NCBI GenBank assembly: GCA_002269645.1
Contig: NIVC01003177.1
Location: 1 to 64,000, forward strand
Reading direction: 5' to 3'
DNA: 64,000 bases
From: Macrostomum lignano
Lineage: Eukaryota
Shown here: positions 11,925-26,619 of the stretch, in pieces
How the letters are laid out: each line of letters begins with the position of its first letter
Numbering within the stretch: the first letter of the stretch is position 1
Notes under the pieces: generated by a model
Databases searched by the model: none
Told to the model about the DNA's origin: nothing
What the model saw: only the letters and a program-made list of their open reading frames with translations
Program-made: the position numbers and the translations under genes

Positions 11925-12156
11925 GACTCATTTGAGACTAACTTGGAATCTCGACTTGGCTCTGTTTGTGCAATTAATGTCCAGCTTGAGTGCCAATTCC
12001 CCAAGGCACAGTGAAGTGTACATGCCTAACGATAAATAAAGTTGGGGCCGCTGTACCCTCCTGTGTGAGTGTGTCTGTGCGTATGACTGCAAATATGTAT
12101 TTAAATCCTTTTGTGCCTGCTCAAGAGAGTTGGCAGAATAGGCAGTAATGTGGCAC
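11925..12156 (+). mobile_element. 5'-truncated SINE of the same family as 36271-36640
   Basis: Aligns by eye to 36360-36560 (ggaatctcg..cttggctctg, cccaaggc..agtgaagtgtacatgcctaacgata, ggccgctgtac.ctcctgtgtgag). Confidence 0.75.
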
Positions 12157-14507
12157 AATTATTTTTTGTAATTAGCTTTGAAATTTCGAGAACATTATTA
12201 TTATAATCTATAAGCCATTATGATTGCTTTATAGCTACTGAAATAGCCTATAAACTTTAATCTAGCAGTGCATAAAAAGCAACTAAAACCTTAAAAAAGC
12301 TTGCCATTGTCATTTTTAATAAATTGCAATGAGTTGCAAAGTGAGTTTATTATATGTTTTTAACCTTTTATCAATATATGGGATTTTTGCAAAGCACCAA
12401 CTGCTGTTCGAGTTCACACTTGCAAAAAATGATTAAGCCCTTATATGTATATTTTAGCTTATGCAAAACTCACATGAAAATACAACTGCAATTAAGCAGC
12501 TTAACATGCCTAAGCTTTGGCTTAAGACAAGCACAATGACAACAAATAAGTTCTATAAGCAAAGCTCTTTTTTCATTAGCACCTTAATTCAAAGTCTTAT
12601 TTTAAATCTAACAAAGCATCTATAGACACTGAGTCTTCACTAATATACTAGTACAAATTTTAGTGGCCTTAAAAATATATATCACAATCCTTATTATCAG
12701 TTCATCAGTTGCAGGTGGCAGATCTGGAAAAATGGCCTAAAAAGAGTACTAATTGTTGGTTTAACTGGCCTGCTAGAATACTAGCTGATTACCCACCAAA
12801 ATTATTAAAAAGATATGAACTGAAGTCCATATAGAAGGTATACAAGCAAATCCAATTTTATTTAGGAGCATCTAAGACTAACTGTTATTTAGATGTGGCA
12901 CTACTGAGTTTAATATTGGTAGCATGGCTTCTGGTGGTTCTAGTGGCTCTGCTGTGACTGTTTGAGGCAATGGAGTCCAAGATGGCTCTGCATTGACTGT
13001 TCAAGGCAGTGGTATATCTGTACTAATGCTGTCAAACACTATTTGTGTTGTCAGCACACACTAGTATTTGTCCATTGTCATACTCTAAAATGTACTTTAT
13101 TTAAAAAAATTTAAGATTGTTTTTTTTCTTTTGCAAACTTTTTTTAATCTGATTGATTTTAACAACTGAAAGTAAGAGAAAATGCTATTTTCAGTCTTTT
13201 CTGAGAACTTGCAGTTGCAAGCCTGACCATTTTTCATTTGAGTTGCAAATTGTTCAAATCAAAAGTTTTTTTATAGAACACATGGTCACATGAACCAGAT
13301 TGCTGAAAGATTGATGCTTCACAAAGTTTTGCTAAATTTTTAATGTTAATTGCTAAAGAGTCACCAAGTGAACTCAAAACCACTTCTAATTGCATGCTAT
13401 TCTGTATCCCCAAAGCTAACTGATATGCATTGATGTGTGCATAAAGGATTTGTGTGTGTACTATTATTTTGGCTTTTAGAGCAGGTAGAAAAGCTGCAAT
13501 TATGACTATTTTTCTACAATAGAAAGTTGCACTATGATTGTGTTCACTTTTTTTGAGACAATTGATAGAACTATTTATGCCAGAGTGGATATTTACCACA
13601 TTAAGCATATTTTGCTTCTTTTCTACAAGCTGATATCATGCCATTTTGAGGAAAAAACAAAATAATTTTGCTACTCAAGTCATATAATTGCCAAAGGCTT
13701 CCCAATTAGCCTACTACAACCAATTAAAATGCTGTATGCTTGCATATGCCTTGTAACATTTGTTTTAAACCTTTTAGTTTTGTTATTCCTATATGCTCTC
13801 TTTAAGCAAATATGAATTCACCTTTCTTTAGTTAGCTTAATGCTACTTTTAACAAATTTCATATTCAAAATATTCTAAAACTTATTGAATCTAATGTTAG
13901 ACAAAAAATGGTTTTGAAACTCAATACTCAATATATAAATAGCAAATGCTGCATTTCAGAATGTTTTCTATAATTAAATAAGGTCTTCAAGTTGTTGTTT
14001 TTGTTACTGTGCCTTTTATAGTCATAATACTAACAATTTATAACTTTAGCCAATGCATTTATACAACAAATGCAACATTTTATCCTATTATAGCTAATTT
14101 CTAGATCCCTCACTTGGATTTTAGCATTTGGGGCACTATACGTGTCACAAGTAGATAGACAAATGTAAAAATCTTAGTGAAATACCCATTTTCAAAATTT
14201 TTTTCAAACTCTAATGTGTTTATTTCCAGCATGTCACAAGACAATGGCTATCAACCTGGTCTTGTGAACTGTCTGCTAAACCAATACACTAGTTAATGAA
14301 GACAAAGTCTTTTCACCCCAGTGAGCTTTGGGGTTGGAATTTTATAATACCTAGTGTTGTATCGATTATTTAAAGACTTTCAAGGCATTATTAACGCTGA
14401 TGCTCCTAATATTTTGCGTCGTGTCATACATAAAGTTAGCCTAATAGATAAAGTAGGGCGAGAGTTGTAAAATGTCTCTAACGTCAAATGATTTATAGGA
14501 AGGGAAT

Positions 14508-15285
14508 TAGGGATGTCGATTCCCCAGGGAATTATCTTATCGGGGACCCCGGTGAAAAGAAAAAATAAGTAAAAACGGCGGATCACTTAGATTGTAAGTG
14601 GAATTTTTTAAACTTTGATTTAAGCTTTGTACTACATGTTCAAGGCGCAGGGGTAAAAATTTTAAACAATGTTTTTTTAAACTGTATTTGACAATGTGGC
14701 ATCACGAAATCGTGCGCGCACCTTTATCGGAAAAGTGCATTTGTTGGAATGCATGCTAAACAGCTACGCTCGTGAGAGGATAATTAATGAATGAGACTGT
14801 TTTTATAATCGGAATTTTATTTCTTGCATATATATGTAAATCACCATTTTGTCCTTGTCTAATAGGGAGTATATGTATGACACCCCCTATGCGTCAGTGC
14901 CTGACGCATGACGCAGCGCTGCGCCTGCGTCAAGCCGTCAACGCAGACCAACACAGCAGTCACTAGTCAGTAAGGCTTCTTTTTCCTGACGGGTTTCTTT
15001 TCTACGTGCAATTTGCTTGATTGAATGACTTATTAGTGAAAAAACAATCAAACGTGTGTTGTGTTTCAAATACATGTAATGCATTGAAATAAGCAATTAT
15101 GCGGTAAAAGAGCATAGACAGAGTTTCAATCAGCTTTCTGTGAATCAGTTTCTTATTTTAATGGCAAAAATTAAGTTACAAATGCATTTTTTCATATTTT
15201 TTCTCCCCAGGGTCCCCGGTTAAATTCCCCGGAGAGTATTCCCCGACAAGCTCCCCGGGGAGCACTCCCGGGGTCAACATCCCTA
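14508..15285. mobile_element. hAT-type MITE
   Basis: Ends tagggatgtcga / tcaacatcccta with CCCCGGG subterminal repeats. TSD gaagggaa at 14499-14506 and 15286-15293 (one extra T on the left). Confidence 0.75.
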
Positions 15286-16429
15286 GAAGGGAAACTACGA
15301 GCATAAGTTCTGCAACACATATACAAGTAGCTAAGCATTAATAGACGCACTGCACCGATAAAATGTAATGGAATTGCTCGAATCACCGACACCAAGACCC
15401 ATAAAACTGGAGAAACTGGCAGGATATAGTAGATACATGTAGGTCAGAATCAGAAGTGATCATGGGTGGGTGGGTCAAGTGATCATGGGTTCAACCTCGA
15501 TTGTATTATTCCTTCTTAATCTTATGCAATTAATTGTAAATTAGGTATGAAGTAACAGTAATTATCCTTGACCATGCTAGAGTAAAGACAAGTCAAAGTC
15601 AAGTTAATAAAAATAGACACACAGTGTAACAATAACAATGGTTTTTAGAGCCATTTTTCTTGTCTGTGTTTGTCTTTGTACATACATGTACATTTGGGAA
15701 GACTTATCTGGACCCAATCCCTTCTTATTCTACATGTATGCTGTTTTGGGTATGGGGGTTAGAGTTGGGCCGTCTGACACCCCCCTCCCCCCCCCCCTAC
15801 CATAGTGGACTGGAGAGAAAGAAGCACATGCTATCGCTATTGGCTAGCCTGTCGTTCTCTTTCTCTTTACCTTCTGTCTTGTGTAGCGTACACTATCCAA
15901 TGCACAAGGCCCAACTTTCCACTAAAGGAAGGTTCATATAGTCCGCCCATGGGCTTCCTCTTGCTTTCGCGTACACTCAAGGCCACTCACTCTCAACACC
16001 AGCCACTAGAGGCTTGTTTTAAATAATCGATCGATAATATTAAATGTACACTTGAAAGCTTGCTTTGGATCCTAGCAGAAGGGGGAGAAAGTGGCCAAGG
16101 CCACCACACCCCACAAGGCAGGCAGGCCGGCCCGAGTGCGATAACGAATGACAAAAAAATAGAAAAGTACAATTTACACATCAACTTTCAATACAATAAA
16201 TACAATAATAGGTACGGTATTAATGACAGTGTATTTTCGCACAAAGTAGCTACGTTCAAACCACCAGCACGTAAACAGCTAAAATTTCACTGTTTATGAA
16301 ATTTTATAAAATTTAACACATCATTTTAGATATTGAAAACTTTTAAAGGAGGGTATTACTGTTGCATGTGACTATAAAATTGTGGTAGGTATAGCTGATG
16401 ATGAAACTGGTGATTGGTATCTAGCTTTT

Positions 16430-17618
16430 TTTATAACTTAGCCGGTTAGACCCCGAAATAGCTATTGTAATTTGTAACGCTGGAGCCAAATACAAATACA
16501 ATGGAGCAATTAGTTTCTCTCAAATCTGTCTCTGCCAGTGCCAGTTTAGTCCATAGTAAGTAACCAAAGTAAAATACCCATTAGTGGTCCCGTTTCTAAT
16601 GTTTATAAATATTAAGCTTCAGTTTACTTTTGGCACAGTATGCAATTTTGAAAATTCACCCTAATAACGGTTTGCACCAGCAGGAAAGCAACTATTTTGT
16701 TGTTGGAAATCGGATTAAGCAGTCAAAAGAGTGTATTTCTATAAAAAAGGTACTTTTTTCCATTTTTTCAAATATTTAAACAGGTTTCGCTCTTTCAATA
16801 AAAAAATCATCGCAGTACCTTAAAGTACAGTTAGTTTGGAATTAGATGACGGTGTTGAATTGTTTCTTCCATATTCCAAAAATTATAATGAGCACTTTTC
16901 CTCAAATCAGTTTGAGATCATGATTTTTAGTCTTTCGTCGATAACTTTCTGATTTCAAATGTTTAAGAATTGAAAACTTCCACACTTGTGTATCTTTGAA
17001 TTGCGCATCAATTGGTGCATAGTATGTATGCTTAACTATTAGCAGTATAGAAAAAAATGCAAAAAACTGTAAAAGTACATTTTCAATTTTTGCATTTTTT
17101 GCAACCAAAGTGCCAACTTTTTGATACAATTGAAAAAAACAACCCAATAATGTTATGCATCTTAGTAAGGCGCACCTATAACCCTCGAACATTTTTAGCT
17201 CGAGTTTTAATGTGCATGAGGAAATGCACTTTTGTAAAGACATAATCTTAAGACAAACATTTCAACTGAAGCCTGTTCCTTTTCTCCGCAGTGAATCCAT
17301 ACAAAACTATACTCGTTAAATAGATCAGATTCTTCTCTTTAAAATGACACCTCACTTGTGAAATTCGCACTTGTAGTTTTGAAGTTACAGCAGTTTTTGT
17401 GAGATTTTTCTTGTCATTTTTTCGATGCACACGTCTCATATTATTATATTCGTCACAAGCCAGACCACCCAATGCGCTTCGCGCATTGGCTGGCTGTTTG
17501 TTCCTCATGCTCGGCACTTTGTGCCTCGCGCGTTCGCTCCGCTCACCCCACAAACCCAAGGACACGCGCGGCGCGTGTCCTTGGGTTTGTGGGTTTCGCG
17601 GAGCTCACTGGGAACTAG
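16430..17618 (+). mobile_element. Helitron-like non-autonomous element; 3' end clear, 5' boundary approximate
   Basis: Perfect 23-bp inverted repeat (17547-17593) followed about 20 nt later by CTAG|T, plus a second hairpin ccaatgcgc-ttc-gcgcattgg. Confidence 0.55.
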
Positions 17619-18109
17619 TATATTAGTGAAGACTCAGTGTCTATAGATGCTTTGTTAGATTTAAAATAAGACTTTGAATTAAGGTGCTAATGAAAAAAGA
17701 GCTTTGCTTATAGAACTTATTTGTTGTCATTGTGCTTGTCTTAAGCCAAAGCTTAGGCATGTTAAGCTGCTTAATTGCAGTTGTATTTTCATGTGAGTTT
17801 TGCATAAGCTAAAATATACATATAAGGGCTTAATCATTTTTTGCAAGTGTGAACTTGAACAGCAGTTGGTGCTTTGCAAAAATCCCATATATTGATAAAA
17901 GGTTAAAAACAGATAATAAACTCACTTTGCAACTCATTGCAATTTATTAAAAATGACAATGGCAAGCTTTTTTAAGGTTTTAGTTGCTTTTTATGCACTG
18001 CTAGATTAAAGTTTATAGGCTATTTCAGTAGCTATAAAGCAATCATAATGGCTTATAGATTATAATAATAATGTTCTCGAAATTTCAAAGCTAATTACAA
18101 AAAATAATT
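17614..18109 (-). repeat. 496-bp inverted copy of 12157-12652
   Basis: Reverse complement matches almost base for base; about 2 substitutions seen. Confidence 0.95.
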
Positions 18110-20569
18110 TTTTTAGGACAGAAAAAAAAAAAAAACACGCGGCGCGTGTCCTTGGGTTTGTGGGTTTCGCGGAGCTCACTGGGAACTAGTAGTGGTATGT
18201 ACTCCCGGGTTTTTTCTGCTAATACCATTGCACTGCAGTCTATTCTGCTTGATATAAAGGTTTTTACAAAAACAAGACACTTGGTAATGCTTTGGAATAG
18301 AGCAAAATCTAAAAAACTATGTTTTTGGCTTGTGGCACACTTAAAAAACTTATGTATGCATCTGTTAATTTATATAAAGCAATTAAAGAACTCAAATTGT
18401 CAAAAAATTACTATAGCCAAAAAAGCCAAAACCAAATGTACGAGACTACAAAAACAATCTGTGCTATTTTTGTTATAATATGTCTTTGATTCTTTTTCCT
18501 CCTATATTAAACATAATTTAGCATATTAAAGTTGTTTCCTAACTAGGGACAACAAAGCTAACCTTTTGAAAAAGTAAAAACAAAAATAATTTTTATCTTT
18601 AAATCTCAATTTCATCTCTAAATCTCAAGTATATCTGTTTAAAGTCTCCTTCTCCCTTTCACTTTAGGTGATATACAACTACTGTAAGCCTTTTTAGCTC
18701 AAAATGACTAAGTTGAAGGTAATTAAATTTTTGTTTCTGTCCTAACCATTGCTTATTTTCTGCCACACTCAGGTCAGGCCCCTTTATTCATGGCCTTATC
18801 CTTAGTAAAGACATCTGAAATGAACTAAGGCTTATAATCTCTATTTCAATTGAGCCCAAAGCCCAAGAAAAATTTTTCCTATGCTCTTTTGTTTCCCCTT
18901 TGTTTGTTATAACTCCTTATATAGACCAGCATATGCCATTTCAGTTAATATCATACTATTTAACTATTTTGCCCTTATTAATGTTAGTAAAAAAGCCTCA
19001 AATTGCCCCTTATAGTAATTTTGTCTAAATTCTAAACTTACATTATATGAAGCTCTATGGCTTATTTTTCTATGTGACTTTCGGACCATTGAGTCAAGCT
19101 GCAGCTCCCACAGCTTGGGTAGCAGATAGCAACAACAACTTGTCTACAAAAACAAAGGATCTGACATAGCATCTAGCTAAGCTACTGCTTTTTAAGACCA
19201 AGGGGGGATCCCCCTATAATGTGCCAGCAATGACCAGAGTTGGTCAAGATTTGCCTACCATTATGAACTGGCAACCATTGCCCCAGTGATTAAGATGGCT
19301 GCCACATCAACTGCCATTAAGTTTAGCACCAAAAATGAGGGCCAGCAAATAGGTCCCTACTACACTTTGGTGGCTATGCTAATAGAGCAATAGAGCAAAT
19401 ATGCTATAGTGCTTAGGTTGCCAGCTCAAATTAAATTCAAATTAAATCAAATTAAATTAAACTTAAACTATACCTATAGAAATAATTATGCAAATTTGAT
19501 GCTCTTAGCAGTAATTTATACTAATTTGGTTTATTGTTATTTTAAAGAAGCAAAACATTTATCACAGACTTTCTAGACTATACAAATTTTGCTTTTCTTT
19601 ATGGTAAAAACATTAATTTATATTACAATTTTCATGCACAGCATGAATTTATTCACCAAAATTTGTATGCCAAAAAAGTATGCATGATTGTCTTACTTTT
19701 GTATGCCAACAAAGTGCGCCAGGGGTTATGTATGCCAGGGACTTAGGGTTGCCATTTTGTATGCCAGAAAGGTTCCGGTATACAAGCATACCATCCACAA
19801 CCTTGTGGCAGTGGAACCCATTTTATTATGGCTATAGTCATGGATATAGCAGTCTTCTACAGGCAGTTATCTACTAATAAAGTTTTAAACATTAGAAGTA
19901 GGCCTTCCTATCTTGTTTTGAATCTCATTGTTTCATTTTGATCTTATCTTGAACAAAATCTTAATATCAACTACCTAATAAAAAATTAAAATGTTTTTGT
20001 TATATTATACCCATAAATTGCACTATTGGAATTCCATTGTAGGATCCATAGCTATAAGAAAAGGGGTCCCAATGCTAGAATTCTAGCTACTGCCATTGAT
20101 AAATTAGATTATTGATAAATTAGGTGGTATTCACTAGGAGGATACTAGATTATTCATCTATTGGCTACTTGTCTGCCAGTGCCTGCCGGTGCCGGCACAA
20201 ATAAGGGGCCTAGTCCAAATTGAAAAGTTGTAAAAAATTTTAAGAGGTGCTACACTAATAAGCATGAAGATTCATAATATAATAAGTGAATATAGTCAAA
20301 CAATAATATACTAGTGCCTACCTTATTATATAACATACTGCTAGACATATTAAACATGTTCTAATGTTTTACATGTTTTACATGTTTTACATGGGTGATG
20401 GTCATTTTGTCAACTGGCGTTTCGTCAACTCGGTTGACAAAGTAACCAAAGTGTTGGGGCAACTTTACTGGTGGTTGACAAAGTGACCAATGCCTAGGTC
20501 CTTCCCATTTGCTTGTTGACAAAGTGACTAAAATTTTCATTATATGAATGATATACATATATAGCTGAT

Positions 20570-20976
20570 TAGAGGTCAAACGAGTAGAAAATTTTGGTCA
20601 GGCGTGAAATTTTGTGAAATTTTCAAAGTCGGGCATGATTGTTATTGTGATCGTGAATTTATATTTGCATACACGTATTTTGAGCTCATAAGTTACAAGT
20701 GTTGAAAATAACAAAACAAGAAAAGAAATATTTATAAATTGATAATAGCTACTCAATAATGCTATCAAGTCAACAAATTTAAAATTTATTACTCTTTTAC
20801 ACATTTGTGTTCACATATTTTGATAAACCAAGTAGAGAAGTTATACTTCTAATAAAAATGTAATAAAGTGGAAATTCATGACTGTCGTGAACGGGTTTCA
20901 AGGAAATCATGATTGTGAAAAAATGGTCATGAATTCACAAAATCGTGATCACAATTGTGATCACGTCCAACCCCTA
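20570..20976. mobile_element. hAT-type MITE
   Basis: Ends tagaggtcaaacg / cgtccaaccccta with a perfect 8-bp TSD tagctgat (20562-20569, 20977-20984). Confidence 0.85.
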
Positions 20977-21519
20977 TAGCTGATACAGCTGCATATCTTG
21001 TATAGCTTACAATTATTGTTATATCAATGACTTGTTTTATTAATTGCCTTATTTTTAAAAAATGAAGTCCTCTATGGAGTTGTGAAAATTAATGGACTGC
21101 GTGCGCCTTCCCATCCCTCCACCTTGCTGTGCACAGTCAGCCAAAGCCCCCGCAGCAAATCTTGATATCCAGTAATGCTTTTGATCAAAGTATATAATTG
21201 CGCACGATTCACATGCTCACGCGCAATGTTTGAATTAATTGAAAATTTGAGCATTTTCAGCTAGACTTTTGGCTACTCCAATACAGAATTGAATATTGGC
21301 CTAGTTATGTTATATTGCCACAAACTCATATAACAGCAGGAGTTTGGGTGCCCTTAGATTAGAAGAAATTATATGCAATGTGCCCTCCCATCAATAGCCC
21401 CCCACTCTGAAATATGTTCTGACATTACTGGCTTGAGCTATATTAGATTTACATGTAGTCTGGGGGAGGGGAGTCCTGCAGTCTGAGGCCAGCTTAATGT
21501 ACAGCTGATCGCTAGAGGG

Positions 21520-21720
21520 CAGTGTTGTTCCAGGCGAGGCAGTGATAGAGACCATCCTGCTGTACAATGTCAAGACCTAGACGCTGATGAAGTCGCTCAA
21601 GCAACAAGTTGAGGCAGCACACGCTGGCCTGCTGCATGCCGCCTTTAAGTTAAGATTGCCTACGTGAGTGCCAACACGGCTTTTGTATCACCTACCAACC
21701 TGTTCCATCCAAGCGACCTG
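21520..21720 (+). mobile_element. Degenerate non-LTR RT fragment, same family as 37600-38276
   Basis: Translates ETILLYNVKT*TLMKSLKQQVEAAHAGLLHAAF versus ETVLLYNAETWTLTDSLEQQVDAAHAGLLRAAF. Confidence 0.75.
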
Positions 21721-24700
21721 CTGTGCAGTCATATATGACCACATTCATATATGCTATATATGTTTTTTGAATAGAAGACCTGGCGACTTTAAGCATTATC
21801 TTTGGTCCGGGTACTCTTCAACTACTACTTCTTAATTAACTTCTGCATTCAAAATTTAACATATACAAAAGTGTAACATGGGATGTCAACCCTGTCATGC
21901 TGCATACATTTCAAACACATGAGCAGGCTCATTCCATATAAGATAGACATTTTTAGAAAATAGAAAAAAGTCAATATTTTTGCTTGCCATTGCCTTATTA
22001 GCCATTTTTTTTTACCAAATGTTTCTTATGTGTAATATCTACAATCTAAGAATAAATGAATGATAAAATGTTGGATTAATATATTATCAAGTGGCAAAAA
22101 GTTATTTTTGTAAAAATTTGGACATTTTTCTAAGCAAAAGACATCATTAAGTTTGTGTACCTTTTTAAAAACAAATAGAAAGCTTTGGAAAGTTGAAACA
22201 AACTATAGATAAAAGTATAGTACTTGCATCATCAGATAAAAGTATTGGTGACCAAATAATCTTTATTTAATCCAACTAATCCAAACAACCATAATGTTAC
22301 GACCATAAGGCTGCCTTTTCTTTTGTATCTTTGTTGCCTTTTTGAGTTTATATATTCTACAAAAAGAGTATGATTACTAAAGATGTTCTTAGTCAAATTT
22401 TTAAAAATGTATTGCAAAATATCAAAAATAAAAAATGTTATAAGAATTTTACCTTTTAGTTTCTATATGTCAAAAATCCTGTTGTTACAACCATAAGTGC
22501 CATTCAAGGTTTAATAGCATCTATACTAATGATGATATCTACATGAAACTCTATAAAAATATTCTTGACAAAATTATATTTCATTTAAAATATTGGTTTA
22601 GTATATTCTATTATTATATTTCATTTTATAAGTAAAAATAGCCTATCATGTTACAACCATGCTTATATGGAATGAGCCAGTGCATTATAATTTGTGAGTA
22701 CATGTATAAGCATATAACAGAGATGCATCGATTGAAAGCTGGCAAATGTTGCAAAAGGGTATGATTATGAATATTAATTAGCCTGTCAACTTAGTTATTT
22801 CAGGGTTTAGTTTTATTTTTTTTGCGGCTACGAGGGGTAGTTTATTGGCAGTTAACAAAGTGACCAATGTTGGAACATTTCCTGTTGGCCAGTTGACGAA
22901 GTGACTGAGTTTGGAGATTGCTTCATTGGCTAGTTGACGAAATGACCAGTGATAAAACCAAGTTGACAAAATGGCCAGTTAACAAAATGACTAGGACCTG
23001 TTTTATATATTCAATAGGCGGCTAGGCCTAGCCTAATGCTATAAATACAAATGCAACTTGAGTTGTCCCTATAGCTTAGCTCCCTGACAGATACAGATAA
23101 ATAGCAAACAAATTTAAAGCTTACTCAATGCTAAACAATTGCATAAAGCTAAATATTCTAAAATTGGTTTGTCTGTGACTAGGCCTATCTATTTGATCAA
23201 TTGACAATTAGAAAAAAATGGCTCAACCACCCACGTAACCATGAATATCGCCAAATGATCGCACTCATGTTGCCACTCAATAAGTGGCGATAGCTCGCCC
23301 GGCAATATCTTCTCAATATAGTAGCAATATAAACTGGCGAAAATTGTCTGTCATATAATTCCACCAAATTTGCACCAAAAGGGACCATTGTGGATATGTT
23401 TCATTATTTCAAGTTGAACTAACTTAAACAACTATGAAAACTTAAAAAAGATTTATAAGCAAGCAATTAAAGCATCTTAAAGAATTAAGGCTTTGTCTTT
23501 CAAGTTCCTAGGGTTAGGGGTTTAAGGTTCTCTTTGAGATTGTCACGACTAACGACTCAGCAATGTCCCTTTCGGCACAAATTTAAATTGAAAATAATTT
23601 AGCAAATGATAACTGCAATAATAGCAAAATTTGGAGTACAATCAGTACATATTACAATATTTACAATAATATGATTATGATTGTGAAATATGAATAAGTG
23701 AATACTTTTACATTTAGGAATAATAGAAAAATGTTCGAATACAATATAAACCAAAAAATTAAGTCAAGCAGAATAACAGTAATAGTCAAGTTGAAGTTGA
23801 CTATTGTATAAATTGCAACAATGCAATGCATGAATATATGGTTATGTATCATTAAAATGTTTGTCAAATTTCAACTTTATTTTTTTCAAATGTTGTATTT
23901 TTAATAAAACAGTTATATATTGCATTAACAGCCTAATATAGCATTTTAAGTCTTTCCTTTCCTGATCCAATCGTTGTAAATCTGTGAATTTAGACTTTAG
24001 AGTATGCATGATACTAATAGAAAAGTAGAAAACAAAATAATAAATATAGTTGTTGATATTTGATATTGTGTATTGTAATTGTTATTTGTATTATAAGTAA
24101 AGTACTAACTTAATTTCAAGTTCAACTAAAATTGAAAGTCTTGTTTTAAATATTTTTGCCTTCTTTGTTCAATGTTAATTATTAATAAGGCAGGAGCATG
24201 CTATCTATAATCAATTCATAATTCACATCCATTAGTGCTATTTCAAACTGTTATGTTATGTATGACAGCAGTATAGTTACAGTATAAGGAATAGGAATTA
24301 GGTATGATATGAAGGTAGATAGAATAGATAGCTATAGCTAAGCTACTAAGAATTAAGTTCAATAGTTGCTAATATGCCCTAATATTTTATATTATAATCA
24401 TGGAATAGGGTCATAAGGACAATAAGGTAAACTGTCTTTTAATTAAAAATAAATATTAAGTTAGGTATTAGGTTATAATAAACAAATCAATTTCAACTTC
24501 ATTCATTTTACATTACACTTATAATTAAAGAATCAATAATATATTAGATTTCAGAATTATAGTTACGTTAATCTGAATCTTGTAATTTGTAATTAAATAC
24601 TATTATACCATTTTAGTGTCATTGTTTAAAGTTTGAGTAAGACCATATATGTGCTTATCTAAAAGGTTATTGACATAATGACATTGGCTGTTTATATGAT

Positions 24701-25055
24701 CATATGGAAATCATTAGATTGGAAGATGTTATGATTGTTAATTTGTTATACTCATTCAAATCAAATCTCAGATGTTAAATACAGTATTTAAAGTATTATA
24801 CTGCCATTGTACTATACTGATTACTGATGGTAGATGTTCATGTTAAGGTAACAAGTTGAGATAATAAAAATTTTTCCTTTTCACATTTCAGCTATCCTAG
24901 CCTACCTATTGGCTATCAGTATTAACTATCAATATCAGGTCTGGTCAGCAATAGCATCACTGTTTAGTAATCAATAAATTGATTAATTGATCATTGAAGA
25001 AGTAAAGATATTTTGAGTAACTTCCATCCTCCTCTATTGAGCAACAGCAATTGTA

Positions 25056-26015
25056 ATGAGCTTTGTCTGGCGTTTTTTCAAGAAGGAAGTGCAAAATGGA
25101 ATTTTACATGCCATTTGTCTGAAGCCTGATTGCAAGCGTATAATTGTCTGTAAAACTGCCTCTACAAGTGGCCCCTGTCGACATGTTGAGTCTTGCCATC
25201 CAGACTTTTTTATGGAATTGAAGTCTCTCGAATCCAATCATTCTAAAGCGAATAATCTAAAAAGGAATCAACCAAGCATGAGCACCTCAAGTGCAAATGA
25301 CATTAGAGATGGAGATGAGCCTGCTAAACTTGCTGACTCTGACTATTCCACTGGTTTGGATACTGACTCACAAAGTTGTCAAAAATTGGTCCAAAAGACC
25401 ATACTTGAAACTTTGGAAGCCACAAAGCCGTGGGACTATAGCTTTCCAAAGTCTAAGGCCTTGGATTTCGCTATTACACGAATGATGATCTTAGACAGCC
25501 AGCCTTTCTCAGTGGTATCGGATGAAGGATTTTGTGGAGTCTTGAAGGTTGCAGCTCCACGATATGTAGTCAAATCTGATCACTACCATCGCAAGCAAGT
25601 TGATGACGTGTTTGACAAAATGAAACAGGAGCTGCTTGGAATCCTGTCCACGATTCAACATGCTTCAGTGACTATTGACATATGGACAGAACAAAGCATC
25701 TCGCTAATGAGTCTTACACTACATGCCATCCGACCTGATCTCACTCGGTTTTCAACTGTCTTGGCCCTGCCTCAACTAACAGACAACCATACGGCTATAT
25801 TGATTGCGTCTACTCTGCAGGAGCTATTTCAAGAGTGGAACATTTCTGACAAAGTGATTGCTGTGATCACTGACAATGCCAGCAATATGGTGAAAGCCAA
25901 ACAGCTACTCAAAGACGATCATATCAGTGAACTTCTAAGTGGTGGGTGCATCGCCCACAAACTGAATCTTGTGGTGCAAGATGCACTCAAAGTGCAATCA
26001 TCTGTGGTCAATTAG
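25056..26015 (+). CDS. Truncated hAT (ZBED-type) transposase, N-terminal half
   Basis: BED finger (SFVWRFF..C..C..TS..RH..H), Hermes-like DNA-binding region (DSQPFSVVSDEGF), catalytic TIDIWT and TDNASNM, and CIAHKLNL (CxxH). Ends before the final catalytic E. Confidence 0.9.
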   Translation: MSFVWRFFKKEVQNGILHAICLKPDCKRIIVCKTASTSGPCRHVESCHPDFFMELKSLESNHSKANNLKRNQPSMSTSSANDIRDGDEPAKLADSDYSTGLDTDSQSCQKLVQKTILETLEATKPWDYSFPKSKALDFAITRMMILDSQPFSVVSDEGFCGVLKVAAPRYVVKSDHYHRKQVDDVFDKMKQELLGILSTIQHASVTIDIWTEQSISLMSLTLHAIRPDLTRFSTVLALPQLTDNHTAILIASTLQELFQEWNISDKVIAVITDNASNMVKAKQLLKDDHISELLSGGCIAHKLNLVVQDALKVQSSVVN

Positions 26016-26619
26016 TCTGAAATTATTAATGTGATATGCTTATTGATAAAATGAAAGAAACAAGTCCACAACTACAAACGTAAAAAATGCTCAGTTGTTA
26101 TAATATGCTTTCAGCCAAATATCTAAAATTAGCTTCAATTGGGTGACAATTAAAGGCGCATAAAGCAAAAAACCCATGAGGGGCTTTTCATATTGTCAAT
26201 TCTTGTTCCAGACCCTTTTTGCAAAGTATAGCTAACTTTTGAGCGCCTAAATAAAAAGGAATCAAGAGCCATTGTAGACTTTTTCTGAAAGTAAGAGTTA
26301 CAAGGTGGCTAAAAATCGCACGAAAGGCGACTGTTCTGCGTTAATATAATATTGAATTGCATTAGTTATACTGCTTTTTTCTTGTAAAATTCTGGTTCTG
26401 GAATCGCTTCGTGAAAAGCCTCAAACTCGAATCACTTCGTGAAAAGCCTCATACTTGTTAGTTTGTTATTTACGACTACAACTCTTTACAAATCTGTTAC
26501 TAAGTAAAAATCTGCTGCTTTATTTGGTGAATTCAAGATCAGACTTTCAACATATTTATAGTTGCTATTACAAAAATTAGCTTAGTATTGATTACTGCTC
26601 TTGATTGTTGAAAGCATCA

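Noticed and set aside
12660-13608. Coding-like stretch and 124-aa ORF on the minus strand
   Set aside because: Interrupted by stops with no recognisable motif; probably a decayed element.
16390-16415. CTGATGA..GAAA hammerhead-like core
   Set aside because: No stem II or flanking helices.
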